Assembly (NCBI GenBank): GCA_038211525.1
Contig: JBBQVM010000002.1
Location: 1-46,260, forward strand
Direction of reading: 5' to 3'
Length of the DNA stretch: 46,260 bases
Origin: Bacteroidia bacterium
Lineage (GTDB): Bacteria; Bacteroidota; Bacteroidia; AKYH767-A; OLB10
A model generated the notes under the pieces. It saw only the letters and a list, made by a program, of their open reading frames with translations. It made no database searches and had not been told where the DNA came from. The position numbers and the translations under genes were made by a program. The first letter of the stretch is position 1. Each line of letters starts with the position of its first letter. Positions 36,821 through 45,699 of this stretch are shown piece after piece.

Positions 36821-36918
36821 CGTGACCAAAAGGGAGAGCGCGGGGAATGGCAATTAGTTACAAAGCTTCCTTACCTTTTGTTTAAGCTATCATTGGTATT
36901 ATCGAAGTCGGAAATTTT

Positions 36919-37635
36919 ATGATTAAATTAAGTGTAAACATTAATAAAATAGCCACTTTGCGGAATGCACGAGGTGGTAATGTGCCCGATGTGGTAAAAG
37001 TAGCGCTCGACTGTGAACGTTTTGGAGCCGATGGCATTACAGTTCATCCACGACCCGATGAGCGGCATATACGTTATAGTGATGTGTTGGATCTGAAAAA
37101 AGTAGTTACTACAGAATTTAATATTGAGGGATTCCCCAATGCGGAGTTTATGCAACTTGTTTTAGCTGTTCAACCTCATCAAGTAACTCTTGTTCCTGAT
37201 CCACCCGGTGTGTTAACTTCAAATGCAGGATGGGACACGATTAAACATAAAGCGTTTCTAACCAAAGTTGTTAAGGAATTAAAAGATGCAGGTATTCGGG
37301 TTTCTATTTTTATTGAAACAAATGCTGAATTAATAAAACATGCCGCTGCCTGTGGAACGGACCGAATTGAATTGTATACCGAATCCTACGCAAAAGAATT
37401 TCCCGCTAATCCTGATAAAGCAGTTGTTGATTTTACCAATGCTGCACATGTTGCATATACTAACGGATTAGGCATAAACGCAGGGCATGATTTAAGTCTT
37501 GAAAATTTGGAATACTTTGCCACTCATGTTCCCCATTTACTGGAAGTATCCATTGGCCATGCGCTGATTAGCGATGCACTCTATTTTGGATTGGAGAATA
37601 CTATTCAAATGTATAAAAGGAAACTGAATCAATAA
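36919..37635 (+). CDS. pdxJ: Pyridoxine 5'-phosphate synthase
   Basis: 238 aa. [27 protein letters not shown] and a GH-rich C-terminal TIM-barrel motif. Confidence 0.93.
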   Translation: MIKLSVNINKIATLRNARGGNVPDVVKVALDCERFGADGITVHPRPDERHIRYSDVLDLKKVVTTEFNIEGFPNAEFMQLVLAVQPHQVTLVPDPPGVLTSNAGWDTIKHKAFLTKVVKELKDAGIRVSIFIETNAELIKHAAACGTDRIELYTESYAKEFPANPDKAVVDFTNAAHVAYTNGLGINAGHDLSLENLEYFATHVPHLLEVSIGHALISDALYFGLENTIQMYKRKLNQ

Positions 37636-37683
37636 AATTTTATAAGCCGATTGTAAAATGAAATGCCGATTTGTTAGTTCACA

Positions 37684-37713
37684 AATGAATGCAGTTTAAA
37701 TTTTACATTCATT
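37684..37713. terminator. Possible bidirectional terminator between pdxJ and serA
   Basis: AATGAATG / CATTCATT 8-bp stem with a 14-nt AT-rich loop. Weak, with no clean T-run. Confidence 0.3.
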
Positions 37714-37750
37714 AAGAATTTAGAGTTTTTAAATTGAAATCAATTGTTAT

Positions 37751-38989
37751 TTAATAAAGTTGTCGTACTTTAATAGTATGTTTCACTTTTTGCAGCTCAC
37801 TCAATGCTTTAGAGGAGGTTTTTTTATCAACATCCACAACCACGTAACCGATATCAGCATTTGTTTTAAGATATTGTCCGAGGATATTAACTTTTAATCC
37901 GGAAAGGAGACCGTTGATTTCTGAGAGTACACCGGGAACATTTTTATGGATGTGCAATAATCGGTGGGCGTCGTGTTGGACCGGTAAACTTAATGCAGGA
38001 ACAGAGAGTGAGCCGGTAGTGGATCCTGTTTCCAGGAAACTGATCATTTTAGCAGCAACGTCAACTCCAATATTCTCCTGAGCCTCCATGGTAGAACCAC
38101 CAATATGCGGAGTGAGTATAACATTAGGGATGCCCTGCAAAATAGTGCTGAATTCTTCGTTATTATCTTTCGGTTCATAGGGAAAAACGTCAATACCGGC
38201 TCCGGATATATGTTTTTTTTCTAATAACATTTTAAGAGCATTCAGATCCACTACATCTCCCCTACTCAGGTTAATAAAGACAGATCCTTTTTTCATTTTT
38301 TTTAGGTTGGAAGCATCCATCAAATTTTTGGTAACAGTGCTTCCCGGTACATGAACGGAAACAATATCAGCACTTTTTAAAAGCTGTTCCAACGTGACTA
38401 CCTTTTGCGCATTTCCTAAACTGAGTTTTGGTTCTATGTCATAAAAAATTACTTTCATACCAATACTTTCAGCTAACACCGATACCTGTGAGCCAATATG
38501 CCCGTAACCAATAATGCCAAGTGTTTTTCCTCTTACTTCGTTACAACCGTTGCTACTCTTATCCCAATGCCCTACATGCGCTAGAACATTTTTCTCCGGA
38601 ATTCGTCGCGTGAGAATAATAGCGAGTCCTATCACCATTTCCGCTACCGACCGGGTATTCGAATAGGGCGAATTAAATAGGGCCACACCGGAGGAAATTG
38701 CAGCCTTCATATCTACCTGATTGGTTCCAATGCAAAAAGCACCTACTGATAATAGCTTTTCCCCTTTTTGAAAGATTGATGCAGTAACCTGCGTTTTAGA
38801 ACGAATTCCCAAAAGGTGAACTTCACGAATTTTTTGCATTAACTCTTTTTCAGGCAACGACTCTTTCAAAATTTCTATTGAAGTGTAACCGCTCTCTTTT
38901 AACATCTTTACGGCAATTGGGTGAACACCTTCTAACAACAAAATATTTATTTTCTCTTTGGGATAAGATGTTTTGTTTTCCATATTCAT
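37751..38989 (-). CDS. serA: D-3-phosphoglycerate dehydrogenase with a C-terminal ACT domain
   Basis: 412 aa. NAD-binding GIIGYGHIGSQV, catalytic R/E/H pattern of 2-hydroxyacid dehydrogenases, ACT-like last ~75 aa. Confidence 0.9.
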   Translation of the reverse strand: MNMENKTSYPKEKINILLLEGVHPIAVKMLKESGYTSIEILKESLPEKELMQKIREVHLLGIRSKTQVTASIFQKGEKLLSVGAFCIGTNQVDMKAAISSGVALFNSPYSNTRSVAEMVIGLAIILTRRIPEKNVLAHVGHWDKSSNGCNEVRGKTLGIIGYGHIGSQVSVLAESIGMKVIFYDIEPKLSLGNAQKVVTLEQLLKSADIVSVHVPGSTVTKNLMDASNLKKMKKGSVFINLSRGDVVDLNALKMLLEKKHISGAGIDVFPYEPKDNNEEFSTILQGIPNVILTPHIGGSTMEAQENIGVDVAAKMISFLETGSTTGSLSVPALSLPVQHDAHRLLHIHKNVPGVLSEINGLLSGLKVNILGQYLKTNADIGYVVVDVDKKTSSKALSELQKVKHTIKVRQLY

Positions 38990-39105
38990 AACTGTGGACT
39001 TAGGGCGGTGAAAGTACCTGAATTTGGTGAATGTTAAAAGTCAATTTTAAGATGGGAGTATTTAGAGAAGTTATATCGTTAACAATACATTGATTACCAA
39101 TACCC

Positions 39106-39151
39106 TTAAGAGGATTAACATTTCATTAACTCTTCTTAACCACTCCTTAAC
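39106..39151 (+). repeat. Five helically phased TTAA(C/G) direct repeats in the serA / T9SS-cargo divergent promoter region
   Basis: TTAAG at 39106 and TTAAC at 39115, 39126, 39136 and 39147 (spacings 9, 11, 10, 11 nt). The last copy lies 23 nt upstream of the -7 box. Confidence 0.55.
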
Positions 39152-39173
39152 CGACTTGGGAGTTCGTTGCAGG

Positions 39174-39181
39174 TATTTTTG
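39174..39181 (+). promoter_or_regulatory. -7 promoter box TATTTTTG for the 39212 gene
   Basis: Exact TAnnTTTG, 30 nt upstream of the ATG. Confidence 0.45.
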
Positions 39182-39211
39182 CTGAGGTTAAACAATTAAA
39201 AAAACAAGAAC

Positions 39212-40204
39212 ATGAAAATTATTCATCAACTTAAAATGGCGTCAGTGCTATCAGTTGCATTAGCAACCGGAGCCTTTGCACAGGATCAGAAAAAATTCAA
39301 CATCTATTTGAATATAGATAAAAACGGAGATCAGGTTACTATCGATACTTCGTTTGCTACCCGTGAAGAAATGGAAAGTTTTATGAAATCGGAAGGCTAT
39401 GATGTTCCTGAAATGTCGGAATTGCCTGAATTATCTGATCTGAAAGATCAACCCGGGATGAAGCAGGTAATAATCGATATAGACGATTCCCAATTTTCTA
39501 AAGAAGATAAGGCTAAGATGAGAGCTGAAATGCAAATTGAAATGGAGAAAGCCCAGTTGGAAATGCAAAAGGCTAACAAGGAGATGAAAAAAGCCGATAC
39601 AGAAAAACAGAAAGCGGAGCAGGAAATGCGCAAGGTGAAAATTGAAATTAGCGAGGAAGATAATGGTGATGGAAAAAAATTGATGCTGAGGAAATCGGAA
39701 TCAAAGGATGGTGGTGGTGAAGAGGTGACAGTGATTCCGCCGGGACAAGTTACTGAAAGCTCAGATGGTAAATTTAAAATTATCAGAATCGAATCAAAAG
39801 ATGGAGATCAAAAAAATATTAGGGTGATACATAAATCCGTTTCTGATGTACAGACCGAAAAACAACTTGACAGAAAAGTAGTTGCTCCCGTGGAAATGGA
39901 AGAAAAACCTGCTCATGAAAATAAGGTAAGTGATGACTTTCATGTATTGAATGCAGCTGATTTCAAAATTTACCCTAACCCCACTCAGGGCAAAATAAAT
40001 GTATCGTTTCGCGTGGAAAATGATGGCCCGGTGGAAGTGAAATTATTAGACGCTTCCGGAAAGCAACTTATTGATGAGGAAGTAACAGTATCGAATGGTG
40101 TTTTTAACAAAGAATATAATATCGAAGGTCACTCAAGAGGAACTTACCTGTTGCAATTGCGACAAGGTAATCAGTGGAGACATGAAAAAATAGTGATGAG
40201 ATGA
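39212..40204 (+). CDS. Secreted acidic/Lys-rich coiled-coil protein with a T9SS C-terminal sorting domain, function unknown
   Basis: 330 aa. Signal peptide ending AFAQ, heptad-repeat segment, C-terminal FKIYPNPTQGKINVSF...GTYLLQLRQGNQWRHEKIVMR T9SS type-A CTD. Confidence 0.7.
   Translation: MKIIHQLKMASVLSVALATGAFAQDQKKFNIYLNIDKNGDQVTIDTSFATREEMESFMKSEGYDVPEMSELPELSDLKDQPGMKQVIIDIDDSQFSKEDKAKMRAEMQIEMEKAQLEMQKANKEMKKADTEKQKAEQEMRKVKIEISEEDNGDGKKLMLRKSESKDGGGEEVTVIPPGQVTESSDGKFKIIRIESKDGDQKNIRVIHKSVSDVQTEKQLDRKVVAPVEMEEKPAHENKVSDDFHVLNAADFKIYPNPTQGKINVSFRVENDGPVEVKLLDASGKQLIDEEVTVSNGVFNKEYNIEGHSRGTYLLQLRQGNQWRHEKIVMR
39539..39643 (+). repeat. Five tandem 21-nt (heptad) coding repeats E-M-x-K-A-x-x
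   Basis: EMEKAQL / EMQKANK / EMKKADT / EKQKAEQ / EMRKVKI, read in frame. Confidence 0.7.
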
Positions 40205-40311
40205 TGAAAAGTGGGTTAGTTGGAAGTTGGCAAATTGTTATAGCCGGGATTTAAAGTATGGTGGAGCGTCCTTAACTTTGCAATTGCTAATTTCCAATTT
40301 TTAATTTCTAT

Positions 40312-41187
40312 TTATTTGCTAGCTTCAAAATAAAGAGAAACTTTTGGCAATGTTTGATCGAAGTATTTGGCATTGCGCAAAACAGGTGCATCGGATTGCA
40401 AGTAAGCCGATTTGGTTACAGAGGTAAATCCAGCCTTTTTTAACATGGTGATAAGCTTGTCATCATTAAACCAGTTCATGTGTCGGAATGGATACTTACG
40501 TTGATCGTCGATACTGCACAATGAAATACAATAATCCATTGCTTTGTCGAATGGCAATTCGTTAAATAATTTCTCCAGTTCCGTATCACTAATTCTTTTT
40601 TCGTTTCCAACAGTTGTGATTTCTGCTGCTGCAGATGCAAAATCATCTAGAAATATTTGTGAAAGTGTGGCTTCCCGCAAAGGTAACTTTAAACACAGAC
40701 GCTCAAAATCAACATTGAGAGAATCCCATTCACTCCAATAAAAATAGGCTCGATCTCCGCGGCGCCAGGCTCTGTAGGCATTTTCGGTATGAGGAGTTAC
40801 GATTCTAAAAACACCTCCCTTTTTTAACATCCGAAAACAATCGTTAAATAAATATTGCACCGATTCATTATCGGCATGTTCAATAGTATGACTTGTATAA
40901 ATTAATTCTGCAGAATAATCAGCAACTTTCAATGGTTGATGAGCAAACATATCGAAAGTGATGCCGGTAGCTTGTGGTTTGTTTAAATTACCATACCATT
41001 CACTCTCGCCATCCACGTTGGTCCAGCAGGGATGATTAAATCTTCCGGCACCAATGTTGTAAAATGCTTTTTTTTCGATACTTTCAGCAGGATACAACAA
41101 TTTATATACCTGTTCATCAGTACTGGTATCAACCGCTTTAATATCGATACCCATTCTGTAGAATGTTTCTAAAATTTGTTTTTTCAT
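40312..41187 (-). CDS. Class I SAM-dependent methyltransferase-like protein, substrate unknown
   Basis: 291 aa. Motif I-like FYNIGAGRFNHPCWTNVD and post-I/II ELIYTSHTIEHADNESVQYLFNDCFRMLKKGGVFRIVTP, followed by a ~150-aa extra C-terminal region. Confidence 0.6.
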   Translation of the reverse strand: MKKQILETFYRMGIDIKAVDTSTDEQVYKLLYPAESIEKKAFYNIGAGRFNHPCWTNVDGESEWYGNLNKPQATGITFDMFAHQPLKVADYSAELIYTSHTIEHADNESVQYLFNDCFRMLKKGGVFRIVTPHTENAYRAWRRGDRAYFYWSEWDSLNVDFERLCLKLPLREATLSQIFLDDFASAAAEITTVGNEKRISDTELEKLFNELPFDKAMDYCISLCSIDDQRKYPFRHMNWFNDDKLITMLKKAGFTSVTKSAYLQSDAPVLRNAKYFDQTLPKVSLYFEASK

Positions 41188-41241
41188 AGCGCGTTTAATA
41201 CGTATAAAACAACTTAATGTTACATGTAAATTACCAAGGAA

Positions 41242-41775
41242 TCAGGGCTTTTCAGTGAGGTGGAGCGCCATCACAAAATCGTCATTAATTTCTTTACCAA
41301 TAACAAATTTTTTATAGCCAATTATTTCAAAACCCCATCTTACATAAAAATCAATAGCCCGTTTATTTTGCTGCCATACACTTAGCCACAGGTATTCATT
41401 TTTTTCATTTTCAGCAATTCGAATACATTCCTCCATGAGTACTTTACCTACCTTTTTCCCTAAGTAAACGGTCAAGGTATAAATTCGCTCCAACTGCATA
41501 CATGCCATTCCTGTTAGTTCAGGAGGAGCATTATTTTTTTTCAATTTAGCATATCCTATCGCTTCATTTTCATAGTTCGCTATTAAGTAGATCACATTCG
41601 GATCTTCCAGTTGCTTCTTGATTGTTTCGGGATGAAAAGAGAGATCCAGATATGCCTGCAAATCATCCGGAGGGTTATAGGCACCAAAAGCCTCCTGAAA
41701 GGCCTTTCTACCTAAGGTTGCAAGCAAATCAAAATCGGTAGGATGTGCTAATTGTATTTTGAGTTTATCGGTCAA
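41242..41775 (-). CDS. GNAT family N-acetyltransferase
   Basis: 177 aa. Acetyl-CoA-binding motif LGKKVGKVLMEECI and a GNAT beta-bulge region. Apparent TTG start with no nearby in-frame ATG. Confidence 0.78.
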   Translation of the reverse strand: MTDKLKIQLAHPTDFDLLATLGRKAFQEAFGAYNPPDDLQAYLDLSFHPETIKKQLEDPNVIYLIANYENEAIGYAKLKKNNAPPELTGMACMQLERIYTLTVYLGKKVGKVLMEECIRIAENEKNEYLWLSVWQQNKRAIDFYVRWGFEIIGYKKFVIGKEINDDFVMALHLTEKP

Positions 41776-42023
41776 TTAAGTTGCTTTTTAGTTATTAATA
41801 GGGGTCAGAAATTGGATTGACGCAAAAAAATTCATTTTATAGAGCGCGGAAGGCATCAATTGCTATTTGTGAAGAAATAATAATATATCTATTTAATATT
41901 CAATACTTTGTAATTATAAAAACAAACTTGTTATTGGTAAAATACCATTCTTGCAAACTAATTAATTCCATTTCACAATTAATTTGTTATTTTTACACTT
42001 GCAGGAACAGGAGCAAAATCAGG

Positions 42024-42031
42024 CAAATATA
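42024..42031 (-). promoter_or_regulatory. Orphan -7 box TATATTTG (minus strand) ~250 nt upstream of the GNAT start
   Basis: Plus strand reads CAAATATA, exact TAnnTTTG. No ORF or known RNA explains it. Confidence 0.25.
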
Positions 42032-42179
42032 GGTTATAATTTTACACAGAATACCTAGCAATCAGTCTGATAATGAAAGTTAACCTAATTTGGTGCTCCA
42101 TTTGTGGTTCTGTTTTTATTCAACATGGATAGTGTCGAAAACTTTTCGTCTACACACCCATAAACCATGAAGCATCGGC

Positions 42180-42187
42180 TAATTTTG
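42180..42187 (+). promoter_or_regulatory. -7 promoter box TAATTTTG for recJ
   Basis: Exact TAnnTTTG, 44 nt upstream of the ATG. It sits in the loop of a GAAGCAT/ATGCTTC hairpin. Confidence 0.4.
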
Positions 42188-42231
42188 TAGACCATGCTTC
42201 CCTTTTAACTTTAATCAGGAAATACCAGGAA

Positions 42232-43950
42232 ATGAAAAAACGTTGGGTAATCAAGGAAAGGGGCAATAGTGAACTTATTGAATCGCTTTCCAAAGAATTA
42301 AATATTAATCCCATTTTAGCCAATTTGTTGGTTCAAAGAGGACACGATACTTTTGAAAAAGCAAAATTGTTTTTCCGACCAACGCTCTCTATGTTACATG
42401 ATCCATTTTTAATGAAGGATATGGACAAGGCTATTGATCGCATTGACAAGGCCATTTCGGGACAGGAAAAAATTCTAATTTATGGCGATTATGATGTAGA
42501 TGGGACCACTGCCGTTGCATTGGTGTTTACCTACTTCAAAAAACGGTATGCCAATATTGATTTTTATATTCCCGATCGTTACAAAGAGGGATATGGTATT
42601 TCCAATACAGGTGTGGAGTGGGCAGCAGAAAATGGTTTTAGTTTAATAATTGCACTCGATTGTGGCATTAAATCCATTGATAAAGTAGCTTATGCAAAAA
42701 GCATGGGTGTCGATTTTATTATTTGCGATCACCACCGTCCGGGGAATGAAATTCCGGATGCCTGCGCAGTGCTAGATCCAAAACGAACCGATTGCGATTA
42801 TCCTTTTAAAGAATTATCGGGTTGTGGTGTTGGGTTTAAACTGATACAAGCTTACTCTAATTTCCATCAGCTTCCATTTGAAGAGTTGGACGAATATCTC
42901 GATTTGGTGGCGATCAGTATTGCTGCCGACATTGTTCCCATTGATGGAGAAAACAGGGTGCTTACTTATTTCGGATTAAAAAGATTGAACAGCGCACCTC
43001 GTCCCGGCATAGTAGCAATTCTGGAACTGAGTGGAGGCCGACGTGAACTAACGGTTACGGATGTGGTTTTTACCATTGCACCTCGAATTAATGCTGCGGG
43101 TCGAATAGAAAGCGGTAAAGAGGCAGTTGATCTTTTAATTTCTGAAACTTCTTTAGAAGCATTTAATCATGGTGAAGAAATAAACAAGAAAAATACGACG
43201 CGTAAAGGTCTGAACGAAAATATTACTCGTGAAGCTTTGTTGCTGATTGAAAATGATTTGGAGTTTAAGAACAGAAAATCGACTGTGCTGTATAATCCCG
43301 ATTGGCACAAGGGTGTAATAGGCATCGTAGCCTCCAAACTCACCGATGAATTTTACCGGCCTACAGTAATTCTAACTCGATCAAATGGCATGGCATCAGG
43401 ATCTGCCCGATCGGTGAAAGATTTTGATATTTATAATGCAATTGAATCTTGCAGCGATCTACTCGACCAGTTTGGTGGACACATGTATGCTGCAGGTTTA
43501 ACCATGAAAGAGGAAAATATTGAGGCCTTCAAATTTAAGTTTGAAGAAATTGTGAGTTCCACTATCGAGGACCGAATGCTGATAAGAGAGATAGAAATTG
43601 ATGATGTGATTTCTCTGGAAGATATCAACGCATCTTTTTTTAATGTTTTGAAACAGTTTGCTCCCTTTGGCCCCGGTAACATGTCGCCAATATTTAAATC
43701 GGAAGAGGTTTACGATCGCGGTGATGCACGTGTTGTAGGTAATAATCATCTTAAATTATCACTCATTCAACGTAATAATTCACGCAAAGTGGTTGATAGT
43801 ATCGGCTTTCAACTCGGTTCCCATTATAACAGGATAGCCAACAAAGAATCCTTTCATGTTTGTTATCATGTAGAAGAAAATAATTTTAATGGTAGAACTA
43901 ATTTGCAGTTAAATATTAAAGATATAAATTTCGACAAAGAGAATTTATAA
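42232..43950 (+). CDS. recJ: Single-stranded-DNA-specific exonuclease RecJ
   Basis: 572 aa. DHH motifs GDYDVDGTT, LDCG, ICDHHRP and a DHHA1 domain. Confidence 0.93.
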   Translation: MKKRWVIKERGNSELIESLSKELNINPILANLLVQRGHDTFEKAKLFFRPTLSMLHDPFLMKDMDKAIDRIDKAISGQEKILIYGDYDVDGTTAVALVFTYFKKRYANIDFYIPDRYKEGYGISNTGVEWAAENGFSLIIALDCGIKSIDKVAYAKSMGVDFIICDHHRPGNEIPDACAVLDPKRTDCDYPFKELSGCGVGFKLIQAYSNFHQLPFEELDEYLDLVAISIAADIVPIDGENRVLTYFGLKRLNSAPRPGIVAILELSGGRRELTVTDVVFTIAPRINAAGRIESGKEAVDLLISETSLEAFNHGEEINKKNTTRKGLNENITREALLLIENDLEFKNRKSTVLYNPDWHKGVIGIVASKLTDEFYRPTVILTRSNGMASGSARSVKDFDIYNAIESCSDLLDQFGGHMYAAGLTMKEENIEAFKFKFEEIVSSTIEDRMLIREIEIDDVISLEDINASFFNVLKQFAPFGPGNMSPIFKSEEVYDRGDARVVGNNHLKLSLIQRNNSRKVVDSIGFQLGSHYNRIANKESFHVCYHVEENNFNGRTNLQLNIKDINFDKENL

Positions 43951-43966
43951 GAAGAAGGCCTACTGC

Positions 43967-44818
43967 CTAAGAATCAAAACGAATTCGGTAGTAGATTCCT
44001 GCTTTAAAAATTAAACCATCTTTTTTAAAATTCTGAAAAGTATTTTCAGTTCTATTTTGAAATTTTCTTAAAACCGTGTGTCCTGCTTCGGCCATAAAAA
44101 CGAGGTGTTGAGTTAGGTAGCAATCAGCATATAGGCTCAGGTGGTTATCCTCGAGTTTGTAGTAACCTAATCCATTTGCTGCTTTGTAAGAATTGGTAAT
44201 ACTTTTAAAAGCAATTCCACCATACAAATATTTTTTCATCTTATACTCCAGCTTCATCACATTGGGAATGGCACCAAAGAGTTGTAAACGCGGATTAATC
44301 TGCCAGTCGAGTCCTGCAAGTGGGACAAAATAGTCGCTAAAAAATTCCCGGTTATAATACAATCCGAACCTGATTTTTAAATGCGGATTTATTCGCACCA
44401 CATTAATGAAAGCTCCTCCGGCCTGGAAAAATTCATTTTTGAAATGAAAGCCTTCGCTGTTATAACGTGGTATAAAGGTAACGGTAAACGACCAGGATGA
44501 ATCTTTTGAAGAATGTAAAAAAGTTAATGGAAGGGCGGTGCTATGAAGTTTGAGCCGGAGATCGCTGTCACTGTAATTGAGGATTCGGTTTTCCTGAAAA
44601 GGTGAAAAAACAATTTTACTACCCGAGCTCACATTCACCGGAATAGAAACAAAAGCGATTCCATACGTTTCAGTTGGTGTTGCTGCAGCTCCTTTACCGG
44701 GAATATGCCATCCGGTAAAACCGCCCACATCAAAATAAGGCTGGGCCGAAATCATAACCGGCATGCTCCATAAAATAAACAATACCACCATCCGTAAAGC
44801 AACCCGCAGCCATTTCAT
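43967..44818 (-). CDS. Hypothetical outer-membrane beta-barrel protein (DUF6268-like, from memory)
   Basis: 283 aa. Signal peptide ending ISAQ, alternating beta-strand pattern rich in aromatic residues. Confidence 0.5.
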   Translation of the reverse strand: MKWLRVALRMVVLFILWSMPVMISAQPYFDVGGFTGWHIPGKGAAATPTETYGIAFVSIPVNVSSGSKIVFSPFQENRILNYSDSDLRLKLHSTALPLTFLHSSKDSSWSFTVTFIPRYNSEGFHFKNEFFQAGGAFINVVRINPHLKIRFGLYYNREFFSDYFVPLAGLDWQINPRLQLFGAIPNVMKLEYKMKKYLYGGIAFKSITNSYKAANGLGYYKLEDNHLSLYADCYLTQHLVFMAEAGHTVLRKFQNRTENTFQNFKKDGLIFKAGIYYRIRFDS

Positions 44819-44958
44819 TTACCAAATTACTACATTATTTCCGATTTTTCAAAATAGGTAAATCATTGTTTTGTTGATGGTTGACTCCCATTTTCAAGAA
44901 AGCTTGCCCTCTATCGGTTATTTTTTTATACTTTAGTATTTGTAAACCCCCTATAATT

Positions 44959-45627
44959 ATGAACTTCATCAAATTTACCCTTACCACAGTTACACTGGTT
45001 ATTTTCGGAATAACCGCTACTCTTGCTCAAGATCTTAGCTTTAATATGGAGATTACTTCCGCAAAGCAAAAAGAACCTGTTACCATGAAAGTGATGTCCA
45101 AAGGAACCAAAGTGGCCATTTATCCCCAGTTCTCAGAGGCGCAGGGTAAAATGTCGATTATTGTGGATCAGGCAACCAAAAAACAGTACATGTTAATGGA
45201 TATGAATGGACAAAAAATGGCGATGGCAATGGACATGACCAGCATGGAAAAGGCCAACGAGCAAGCTAAAGATCCAAAAATTACGATCACCAATGAATCG
45301 AAGGTAATAGACACTTACAAATGCACCAAAGTGATTACCGAAACAGATGAAAACATTTGTGACATGTGGTTAACGCAGGATATTGGGTTGAGCTATACCG
45401 ATCTATATAAAATGCTGGCAATGGGTAAAACGCCTCAGGGTGGAAGTCCCGGAATACCGGCGCTTAAAAATGTAAAGGGTTTTCCGGTACAATTAGTTGT
45501 TAAGGACAAGAAAAAAGAGGAGACCACCACTATTAATTTTCGTAATATCAGTAAAGCAAAAATAGACGATAAGGTGTTTAGCATGGAAGGTTACCAGATG
45601 ATGGATATGGGCAATATGAAACATTGA
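44959..45627 (+). CDS. Hypothetical exported Met-rich protein (DUF4412-like, from memory)
   Basis: Start moved to the ATG at 44959 (MNFIKFTLTTVTLVIFGITATLAQ signal peptide). Met clusters YMLMDMNGQKMAMAMDMTSM and MEGYQMMDMGNMKH. Confidence 0.58.
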   Translation: MNFIKFTLTTVTLVIFGITATLAQDLSFNMEITSAKQKEPVTMKVMSKGTKVAIYPQFSEAQGKMSIIVDQATKKQYMLMDMNGQKMAMAMDMTSMEKANEQAKDPKITITNESKVIDTYKCTKVITETDENICDMWLTQDIGLSYTDLYKMLAMGKTPQGGSPGIPALKNVKGFPVQLVVKDKKKEETTTINFRNISKAKIDDKVFSMEGYQMMDMGNMKH

Positions 45628-45699
45628 TAATCAGAAATTTATTGATCGTTGATACTCCTTTTTCTGACTTCTAAAGCCCTCTATTTAGTTACTTTCTGT

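Noticed and set aside
39448-39633. 61-aa antisense ORF across the heptad-repeat region of the T9SS cargo gene
   Set aside because: It arises from the repetitive GAAATG/AAAGC codon pattern on the sense strand. The repeat periodicity is in frame only with the plus-strand gene.
41817-42032. 71-aa TTG-initiated plus-strand ORF in the long intergenic spacer
   Set aside because: It has a TTG start, an extremely AT-biased Ile/Asn/Tyr/Lys-rich sequence, and no signal or motif. It looks like non-coding DNA read in frame.
42163-42201. GAAGCAT / ATGCTTC hairpin upstream of recJ considered as a terminator or attenuator
   Set aside because: It has an 18-nt loop, only a 7-bp stem and no proper T-run. The recJ -7 box sits inside the loop, so it is more likely coincidental with promoter sequence.
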